Source of the DNA: Cyanophora paradoxa CCMP329
Taxonomy: Eukaryota > Plantae > Glaucophyta
Direction: 5' to 3'
Length of the DNA: 22,651 nucleotides
Assembly (NCBI GenBank): GCA_004431415.1
Contig: QPMI01000155.1
Coordinates: 1 to 22,651 of the forward strand
Under the pieces are notes generated by a model that was given only the letters and a program-made list of their open reading frames with translations, did not search any database and was not told the origin of the DNA. Both the position numbers and the translations under genes were made by a program. This document shows, one piece after another, positions 10,199-18,697 of this stretch; within the stretch, counting starts at the first letter, position 1, and every line of letters begins with the position of its first letter.

Positions 10199-11267
10199 TT
10201 ACAGCATCTCAAAGTCAGAGTCATCGTCATCGGAAACCAACTCAATGAGGCCCTCGGGCGCCGACTTAAGGGGAATGCGGGAAGGGACTGCGCTGCCTGC
10301 ACCAAGTCCTGCCGCTCGCGCTCGCGCTGCGCCGCCAAGGCCGCTGCCGCCTCTGCCTCGCGCTGCTGCTGAGCCTCGATGCGCGCCTTGAGCTCGGCCG
10401 CCTCCTTCTGCTTGCGCTCGGCGATCCGCGCCTTGTTGATCTGGTACTGGACAAGGCGCTCGTGGCGCCGCTTGCGCTCCAACTCCTTGCGGAGCTCGTT
10501 GCAGAGGACGCGCTTCTCAATGGTCTTGACGTGCTGAGTCAGGCGCTCGCTGTAGTGTGACGTCACGCGAGAACGGGCAATGCCGGCGCCGAGCTTCAAG
10601 TCCTTCTCGTGTGCCTTGGCGGGGTCCTTGACGCGCTCGGAGTTGTCGGTGAATGACGTAGTCTCCATGAACTTCTTCTTGACGATTGACTTGGTCTTGA
10701 TAATGCGGCGCTTGCGAGTCGGGTTTTCGTTGTCGCCTTCAGAGTCAGAAGACGACTCAGAGTCGTATGGAATCGGCACGTCAAAGTCGATGAAGTCGTT
10801 GATGTCAGACTCGACGTCAGAGGCCTCGGACTTGGCGTCATCGGCGGGCTCGGGGGCGGGCTCGGCGACGGGCTGAGGGGCAGATGACGACGATGACGGA
10901 GGGGGGTAATTCGTGAAGACTTGAGGGGGTAGGCCCAGGCGAGCGTCTCGGCAGCAGACTCGGCGAAAAGCTTGGGGTCGCCCCAGCCGTTGGCGGTCTT
11001 GACCCAGCCGGGGACGGGGGGCACGTCGACGGGGGGCTCGGGCTTGGGTTGCTTGGACTTGGATTTCTTGGCCTTGGACGTGAAGGCGGACTTGGGGAGA
11101 AGTTGCACTTCGGGGCCAGTGGCGCGTAAGATGGCATAATTGTAGATGTACCCCAGAGCGTCGGCGCGCTGCTCCATCTCAGGGGTAGCCCCTTGAGTGC
11201 CACCGGAGTTAGCCCACGTTGCTTGGACAAAGGCGAAGTCCTCGGCAAGCTCAGCGGGAATCGACAT
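10199..11267 (-). CDS. Orphan protein (~355 aa) with acidic/Pro-rich linker, basic NLS-like motif, coiled coil and acidic C-terminus; two apparent homopolymer frameshifts
   Basis: ATG 11267 (MSIPAELAEDF). ORFs 10596-11300 and 10195-10779 join by adding one base in the run at ~10925. Adding one base at ~10270 gives the ending LKSAPEGLIELVSDDDDSDFEML*. High-GC3 codon usage. Confidence 0.65.
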
Positions 11268-11326
11268 CTGCGCAAAGGGAAAAGAAATCAGCAAAGGCAA
11301 AACGTGAGGTGACTGTGAGGGCGGAC
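11268..11326 (-). other. Putative 59-nt spliceosomal intron directly upstream of the orphan gene ATG
   Basis: Minus strand GTCCGC...GCTGATTTCTTTTCCCTTTGCGCAG|ATG: a host-like donor, a CTGAT branch point, a pyrimidine tract and CAG. Confidence 0.6.
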
Positions 11327-11605
11327 TTGTGAAAATTCGGAGAGGCAGGGTTTCCTTGGGCTGAGAGAAGGCGGCGAACCCGTTTCAAGAGTGAGGCAAA
11401 ATGGCGGCGGACCGCGGTTTTGTGGGCGAATTTTTTCCTGGGCTAGTTCGCAACGGAAAACGTTGCCAACTGGCCTGAAAAAGCCAAATTTAGCGTTGGA
11501 CCGAAGACAGAAAAAGGAGCCGGCCTGACGGAAATTGCCCGAGTGCGTCCGCCGAAGGTCGAGTCTCGGATGGGGGGTACACCCTCAGGGGCCCCCCCTG
11601 GCCCC

Positions 11606-12076
11606 TCACCCTGGTAGTACCCTCTCAAAGGGATTTTCGAAGCCGTACAATTCTTGGTAAGTCTCGTAATCCGGGCTGTACCCCCTCACAATCTGCGGGA
11701 GCCCCATTGAAAGCCTCCGTCTATCCTCTCTCAATTCCCTGCGGAAAAGTCTACGGTCTTCTCGAGCTTCGCGCGTCACGCCAGCTGGGCGTGGTCTATG
11801 ATTGTTAGGGTTGTCGTAGCCTGGTCCCACCAGCCTCACGAAATTTTCGCGTATGGCCTCGGGGAGACTCTGGAAACGGTTCGTTGCGTGGAACTCGATC
11901 CATTCATTGAATCGACGCGGATATTGACGGATGACTTCAAGCACGCCCTGTGTGTTGGGCTCTGGTGTTATGTCGGGAATGTCATGTCCTGTGAGGTGCC
12001 AACGCCAGAACTCGCGCAGCCTCTCGAATGCCATATGCAACTCAAAGGGGAAATCGTAATAGAGATTGCCTGACAT
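11606..12076 (-). CDS. Orphan hypothetical protein, 156 aa
   Basis: AAAAATG at 12076 (MSGNLYYDFPFELHMAFERLREFWRWHL...), open to TGA at 11606-11608, with globular-protein composition. No family recognised. Confidence 0.65.
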   Translation of the reverse strand: MSGNLYYDFPFELHMAFERLREFWRWHLTGHDIPDITPEPNTQGVLEVIRQYPRRFNEWIEFHATNRFQSLPEAIRENFVRLVGPGYDNPNNHRPRPAGVTREAREDRRLFRRELREDRRRLSMGLPQIVRGYSPDYETYQELYGFENPFERVLPG

Positions 12077-12102
12077 TTTTCTCCCCCTCCGAAAATTTCC
12101 CC

Positions 12103-12201
12103 GTTTTGAGTCCAGACTCTGATTCCAACTCTTCCCAAGTCCCAAGTCCCAAGTCCCAAGTCCCAAGTCCCAAGTCCCAAGTCCCAAGTCCCAGGTCCCA
12201 T
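12103..12201 (-). repeat. G-rich heptamer array element, copy 3 (7 TTGGGAC units), same orientation as copy 2
   Basis: The minus strand reads ATGGGACCTGGGAC(TTGGGAC)7TTGGGAAGAGTTGGAATCAGAGTCTGGACTCAAAAC. Confidence 0.95.
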
Positions 12202-12326
12202 TTTTCTCCCATTTCAGTCCGAGATTTTGCCCAAGTCCAAATCCGGGCCCGGGATTCGAACCCTCGTTTTCGGTCGATTTCACGCGTGAAAAACGCACTT
12301 TTCGGCCTTTTCCGATTTTTCCTTTC

Positions 12327-12436
12327 TCGCGATCGCAGAAATGCCCCCGATCTCGAAATCGCGATCGAAAAGGGTCGCGATCGGGAGAAAGTCGCGATCA
12401 CCAGGGTCGCGATCGGGTCGCGATCGCCGCGATCGC
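12327..12436 (+). repeat. Cluster of co-oriented (T)CGCGATC(G) motifs with ~16-bp periodicity; candidate subterminal repeats
   Basis: TCGCGATC at 12327, 12359, 12375, 12392, 12407 and 12418; CGCGATCGC at 12428. Confidence 0.85.
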
Positions 12437-12667
12437 CAGCCTCGGAGGGGGTACCCCCACAGCTGTTGCGGCGGTTATAAGAACCTCCGCAATCCAAGCG
12501 TCACTTCCGAGTCTCGAGCTCTCGGAGTTGCCTTTTCGCGTTTGGCCCATTGATGGCCCTCATATATAGTGCTATTGGGTCTAGAGAGCCATACTAGCTT
12601 GAAATCTCACGAACAGAGAGCGAAGCGGAAGGGGAAGCAGAGCCCTCGGAGGGCTAGAGCTCGGCGG

Positions 12668-15600
12668 CTAGAAGAGGTCGGGCTGGCCGGTGGAGGAGAG
12701 GAGGCGGCCCCACATGCGGCCGCGGGGGTCCACGGGGCTCGGCTGCTGCAGGTCCCCCAGCGGCAGCATCAGCCCCTTCTGGTTCACCTGGCGCGCGGCA
12801 TCCCGGGGTGACCTCGAGGGAGGCGGCGAGGCGCGCGCGCTCGGCGTTTATGCACGGCACGCTCGCCGTCGTGCTCTAGCACAGGCTTAAGGCCCGCGTG
12901 GGACGTTTGTGATCACCTGGCCCACCGCGAAGCCCGTGTACCCCGCCATCGCCCCGTGCACCGCCTGCTCGGCTTCAGCGTCGAGGGCGAGGGGGGCGCG
13001 GGGGCGGGGCGGGGCGCGCGTTGTGGGCCATGTGCGTGCAGAGCGTCGAGTCGGCTGCGTTCGCCGGCACAGACCGGATCATGTACGTCGGCTGCGGAAG
13101 GGAGGAAGGGACAGAATCAAGGAAGAAAGGGAAGGGAAGGGCAGGAAGGAGGGTACGGACGTCGATGTACTTGACGTTGGCCTCCTCCTTCTTCGCCTTG
13201 AAGTGCCTCGCGATCTCGTCCCGCAGGAACTGGGCGGGAAGGCGGGTTAGGCGGGGCGGGGTGGGGTCCGGGGGAAGGGGGAGGGGCGCGGGGGGAGGAC
13301 GCGCGGCGCCGATGTCGGGGCGGACGCCGGCGGCGTCGGGGGGGAGGAAGTCCTGGCCCGCCCCCTCTGCCGCCCGCCCGCCCCGCGCGAGGTCAGGCCC
13401 CCGCCGAGGGAGGACCCCCGCAGTGCCCCGGATATCGATCCCTGGCTCTAGCCGCCCCGGCCCGCCCGGCCCGCCCCGGCGCGGCGTCTCGGCGGACCGG
13501 CGAGGACGAGGGTGCAGTGGCCGCGGGTGCGGAGGCGGTGCTCGACGAAGGCGAGGAGCGGCGCCACGCGGAACTTCACCTCCGGCACCAGCGTGCACTG
13601 CCGGGGGGGGGCGGGGGGGGGGGCGGGGGGGGGGGGGGGGGCGGGGGGCGGGGGGGGGGGGGGGTGTTAGGCGCCGCGCAGGGCGGGGCGGCGGGCGAGG
13701 AGAGGCGAGGGGAGCTGGGCGAGGCCTAGCACGCGAATCTAGCAGGAGAAGAGCGCAAGGGGCGGCGAGGAAGGACGGGGCGGGGCGGGGCGGGGCGGTG
13801 GAGCCGGCGGGGTGGAGCGAGGGGAGCGGAGCCCATGGCGAAGCTCACGGGGGCCCGGCCCATGCGTATCCTAGGTCTGGCAGGAGAGGTAGGACGGGGC
13901 GGGGCGGGGCGGGGGGGAGGCGGGGGGCGAGGAGGAAAGGGCGCACGTTGACGTCGCGGGAGGCGAGCGTCGCGTGCGTCGCGATGTGCCCTGGCCCCTC
14001 AGCCCTCAGAGCGGGCGCGCGCAAGCGTGCTCGAGGGTGCTGGAGGGCGGACCGGCGTTGCGGCCCATGAGCTTGACGATGGCGACGCCGTTCGTCGCGC
14101 AGTGCGACTCCACGTGCGCCGACGCGATCGCCCGCGCCGCCTGCCCGCCCCCGCCCCTCCTCAGCGCGGGGCCGATGGAGAGGGCCCGCCAGAACCCGGC
14201 CGGAAGCTCAAGGGGCGCTGGAGCGACGGCGGGGCTAAAGATCCGGGTCGAGAGGGGCGGGCGGGGGCGGGCCTCCTCGACGGCGGTGTCGAAGCCGAAG
14301 GACTGGTCGATGACGGGGATGTCGTTGTCCACCGTCTTCGGCACCCCCACCACCGCGATCTGCGGGGCGAGGCGTGAGGCCGAGGAGGCGGGGAGGAGGA
14401 GGAGAGGGCGGGGGGGCCTTGAGGTGGCGGGCGCGGAACTCGTCGGCGAGGACCTGCGCGCTCCGCAGCGTCTCCTTGCCCCCGATCAGGTACACCTGCC
14501 CGAGTGCGGCATGGGTCTCGGGCGCGGGGGCGGGGGCGGGCGGGAGAAATGAAGGGAGGAGCGGAGGCCCGGGGGAACCTGGTTGAAGCCGTTGCGGAGG
14601 ATCGACTCGATGACCTTCTCCCGGTCGAAGCCGCCCCGAGCGCACCCCAGCACCGACCCGCCCTGAAGCGAGAGGGCGGGTTGGGCGGGAAGAGGGGAGG
14701 TTAGACGAATGGGGAGGGGTACGCGCCTGCTGGTGGATGCGGGCGACCGTCCGGGGCTCCAGCCGCTGCAGCTTTTCCTTCGGCTCGTCTGCGCACGTAC
14801 CCCCCCGCCGGAAGGTCGGGGGGGGGGGGGGGTGGCGAAGGCGCGAAGGTGTGGAAAGAAGGGGCGCACAGAATCCCTTCCATCCGAAGGGGATGCCGTA
14901 GATCTGAGGGGGTACGGGAAATCAGGAGGCGTAAGAAAAGAGCGGGGGTACGGGATGAAAGGCAGACCTCCTGGACTCCGTAGAAGAACGACAAGCACAT
15001 CACGATCTCGCGGATCACCGTGTTCAGGCCGGGGCAGAGGCCTGGAAGAGGGGGTACAGTGAGCGGCTGGAGGAGAGGGGTACGGTGTTCGGGGGGCGCG
15101 CCGCCGATGGTGACGATGGCTGCCTTGACGTCCTTGGGGTGGTAGCAGATCTCGCGGCGCGGGCCCGCCCGCAAGTAGAACGGGCCCGCCTCCCGCACCT
15201 CCCCGCTCTCTGGGGGTACGTCAACCGGGGGGCGGGGGGGGGGGGGGGGGCAGAAGCGCGAACCCGGGCGGGAGTACTTCTCGATGCCGCCGTGGAAGAC
15301 AATGCTGCCCAGGGCGTAGCTGTTTGGCTGCGGGCCCCCGGGGTTGAACTCGGGAGGAGGGAGAGCGGTGGGGGGTACACGCACGCCGACGAACTGGCGG
15401 TCGTTGTCGAAGGCGTCCTCCTCGAAGGCGGGTACGATGGTCTGGAAGTCCTTAAGGGCCGGGGAGGGGTAGTGCCCGATCTCCTGCGCTCCGGCCGGTT
15501 GGCCGCGCGCGTTCAGCTCTAGCCACCCAAACTCACAGCCACCGCTTGGCCCGGACCTTTCGGAAGTCGTGGATATGGGTTACGGGCCGGAGGACGGGCT

Positions 15601-16185
15601 TCATTAGGATGCTTCCGTACATCGCCCGGATCCGCTTCTTGCTCTCTGCGTGCCCCGGGCGGCCTTGCGTCAGTGTAGACGTAGGGGCCCGGGCCGGGCG
15701 GGAGGAGGGCTGAGCGACGGCGGGGCGTCACTGGACAAGCTAACAAAGAGAGCTAAAGAGCGCTTTTGCCCGCCTGGAGCGCGGCTCTGGGCTGGAACTA
15801 GACGGGCGGAGGTCTAGATCTGCGGCTCGGGCGGAGTTCCGGATCCAGGACTCGGCGCGGTCGCCCGGCCGGGATTATCGGGCGATCGCTGCACCCGACC
15901 TATCGCCGGCGCGTATGACTGCCCCCGTGACGCGAGCCAAGGCGCGGCGGCCGCGTTGACGTGCTCTACCCTATCCGAACGAGAGCCGGCATACGCGGGC
16001 TTCCGCGCACCGTCGGCGCCTCCGATATCGTCTGCACTGCTCTGATTGCGTTTGAGGGGAGGCCGCGGGCTACCGGTACTGTTCTTGCGGGCTGGATCGG
16101 TCGGGTTGGGCGCCGGCGCGGCCGGCACCGGAGCCCCCTCGGGCACGGTAGACATCGCCGCAGCTTTCGGCGCCTTCGCAGACAT
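12668..16185 (-). CDS. PFK: 6-phosphofructokinase family protein (plant/group-X ATP-PFK type), multi-exon (about 20 exons), with atypical GGKET motif
   Basis: Spliced motifs: [16 protein letters not shown]|[64 protein letters not shown]|[21 protein letters not shown], and last exon [16 protein letters not shown] (TAG 12668-12670). The start at 16185 and the first exons are less certain. Confidence 0.93.
13603..13664 (+). repeat. Poly-G tract (poly-C in sense) in a PFK intron
   Basis: About 60 nt, nearly all G. Confidence 0.9.
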
Positions 16186-16268
16186 GCTGAGATGCGCTGT
16201 ACCGGGCTTCGCAAGCGCCCAAGACAGGGCTACAGTCACCGAAGGGGGGGGGAGAAGGGGGGGGAGAA

Positions 16269-18187
16269 ATGACGCTGTTCTCGCTGCCGGTGGCGCCCAC
16301 GCGCGCCGCGGCGGTTCCGATCGGCTTCAAGAGCTTCCATGGGCGTGCCCTGCACGTCCCCGTCGCACGCCGGCCCCGATCGGCTGGCCGAACAGCGAGC
16401 TCGAGCACGACGGCCTGCCGCCAGCGGCAGGCGTGGGACGACCTCGCCGACGCAGTGGGAAACGTTCCGTCGGGGAAGCGGGCACGCGACGCGGCGAGCG
16501 CACCTGCGGGATCGCTGCGGAGGCAGCTCGCAGACGGCGCGCCTCGAGCCCCCGCCGCGCGGGGCGCGCTGACGCGTACGCGGCGGCAGGCGGCTTCCCG
16601 CTGCTGGTGGAGGCGCTGCCGCCGCGGGGCACGTCGGAGCTGGACGGCTGGGCGGCCTCCTTCGCCGCCCTCGCCGGGCGCCTCCCCGGCCGCATCGCCG
16701 CCTTCTCCGTCCCCACCAGGCCCGCCCGCCCCCCGCTCGCTCGCTCGCCCCCGCTCGGCCGCGGCCGCGGCTGAGGCGCGCGGGCGGGCCGCAGCCGTTC
16801 GGGAACGGGAACCGGGCGGGGTCGCTGGCGTCGGCGGCGCTGCTGGAGCGGCGCACCGGGGTGCCCGTGCTGCCCCACTTCACCTGCCGCGACCGCGACG
16901 CCGCCGCCGTCCAGGCCCGCCCCGCCCCGCCCCGCCCCGCCCCGCCCCGCCCCGTCCCCGGGCCCGACGCGGGGCGGGCGGGGCGGGACGCAGGGCGACC
17001 TGCTCGGCGCCTGCGCCCTCGGCGTCCGCCAGGTCCTCGCCGGTGCCTGTACCCCCTCCATTCCTTCCCCCCCCTCCCGGCGAGCCGCCGTCGCGTGCAG
17101 TGACGGGCGACCCGGCGCCCCACTCGCCCCACCAACACCCTCACATCCCCGCCTCCCCCGACGTCCGTACCCCCCGGCGCCCCCCTGCCCTCTTTAATCC
17201 CCCCGGCAGGCGGCGGCAGCCCCGGAGCACATCGACCCCGCCTTCCGCCGCGCCGTCTTCAACTTCGGTATCCCCCCCCCCTGCCCATCCTTGTACCCCC
17301 GCCCCGCCCCCCGCCGCCCTTACGCCCCGGGCCCGCAGACAGCTTCAAGCTCATCAGCCTGATGGCCCGCCTGCGGGACGAGGGGTACCCCGCTCTCGCC
17401 CCCACCCCCCACCGCTCGGCCCGACCCGGGCGCGCCGCCCAGGCTGGGCTTCGACGGGACGCCGGCGGCTGTACCCCCCGAGCTGCTGGTCGGGGCGGCG
17501 GCGAACCCCTGCGGGCCGCCCTCCCCCGAGGACCAGGCCCGCCGCACCGCCGCGAAGGTGCCTGTACCCCCCTCGGCCACTAACGAACCATCGGGCCGCT
17601 CACTTGGCTCAGATCGCGGCGGGGGCGGACTTCTTCGCGACGCAGCCGGTGCTGGACGCGGCGGCCTTCGCGGCCTTCCACGCCGCCCTCCGCGACCTCG
17701 GCGTCCCCGAGCGCTCCTACTTCATGCCCGCACCCCCGCCCGGGCCCGCCCGCCCGCGCCCTCAAGCGCCTCTCAACCTCCCACGCGCAGCGCGGGGGTG
17801 CCGATCTGCACGAGCGTCGCCAAGACGCGCAACATGCTGCAGGCGAGCCGATGGCCCCCCGGCCCCGCCCAGCCTTCCTTCCCTTAGCGCCGGGGCAGGC
17901 CTGGACGGCGTCGCCCCCCGGGGCGGAGTGGGCGTGGGCGCGGGAGGTGGAGGACCGGGCGGAGTTCCGCCGCCGCGGCCGCGCCCTCGCCGTCCAGCAG
18001 GCCCGCCCCCTCCTCCCTCGTGCACTCCGCCCCGCCCGGCCCGACGCCGTCCCCCGGGCAGGCGCGGCTGCTGCGGGAGGCGTTCGGGGCGGACGGGGTG
18101 CTGCTGTACCCCCTGTGCGCGGGGGAGGCGGACCTGCTCGAGAGCGTCGAGGAGGTCGCCGCCGCCCTTTCTGCCCCCGCGAGCTGA
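16269..18187 (+). CDS. metF: Methylenetetrahydrofolate reductase (bacterial MetF-type catalytic domain only), ~12 exons, with transit-peptide-like N-terminal extension
   Basis: Spliced motifs: GFPLLVEALPPRG, GSLASAALL, PHFTCRDRD, GDLLGACALGVRQVLA|VTGDP, RAVFNF|DSFKLI, VGAAANP, K|IAAGADFFATQPVLD, ending ..ALSAPAS* (TGA 18185-18187). One base appears to be missing in a C-run near 16712. Confidence 0.88.
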
Positions 18188-18661
18188 GGGTTCCACGCCC
18201 CACGCTCTCTCCTGGGAACGCGGCCCGCACCAGCCCGGCCATATCCCCCCCCCCCTCCCCCCCTCCCTCCCCCCTCCTCTCTCCCCGCAGGGCCTCCCCA
18301 AACATCCTTCTCCCCCCTCCCCCCCCCCCCCCCCCCCCCCCCACTCCCCACTCCCCACTCCGCCACGAGATGGCTGCAATTGCAACCAAATCAGTTCTCG
18401 TAATTTTCATTCGCATGTTCATGCTCGATTGTTTTTGTCAGCCTGACTCCAGGCCAGATTGATGACTAGTACTATTGGAATCAGGCTTGATTGCTGGCTG
18501 GAATCCAGCCTGCATAATCTGATCATGATAGAAATCCGCCGGCATCGCCGCCCCCGCCCCGCTGCCTGATCGCCCCGGGGCCCCGCGAGCGAACGCCCCA
18601 TGGCCATGCTCCCTCTCGAGCTCCCTCTCGGGCACCCGGTCCACCCCAGCCCGGCCCGGCG

Positions 18662-18697
<36 letters not shown>

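Larger units (their letters stand above)
1..12500. mobile_element. Endogenous virus-like element (Polinton-like virus/virophage-type candidate). Left part lies outside the window; right boundary approximate.
   Basis: Tightly packed, essentially intron-free ORFs (spacers ~6-37 bp) encoding tail-fibre/S74, FN3, HNH and capsid-like proteins, several with an A-rich AAATG start context. Lower GC than the flank and an abrupt switch to intron-rich host genes after ~12.6 kb. No pPolB, integrase or ATPase seen, so the class is inferred. Confidence 0.75.

Noticed and set aside
11397-11410. CAAAATGGCGGC as a YY1 site or gene start
   Set aside because: It opens only a ~25-codon ORF, and a single motif in an unknown protist is not enough support.
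9563-12201. TTGGGAC arrays as a CRISPR array or as true chromosome telomeres
   Set aside because: There are no spacers. The arrays are short, internal, in both orientations and have fixed non-repeat flanks. A relation to the host telomere motif cannot be tested here.
12327-12436. Cyanobacterial HIP1 (GCGATCGC) signature
   Set aside because: Only three of the seven motifs are full HIP1. The shared core is CGCGATC and it is locally clustered, not dispersed.
12900-18460. Long Pro/Arg/Gly/Ala-rich ORFs (e.g. 13021-14070, 16269-18446 as one 725-aa protein, 16236-17144, 17580-18422)
   Set aside because: These are read-through of GC-rich introns or antisense shadows of the spliced PFK and MetF genes.
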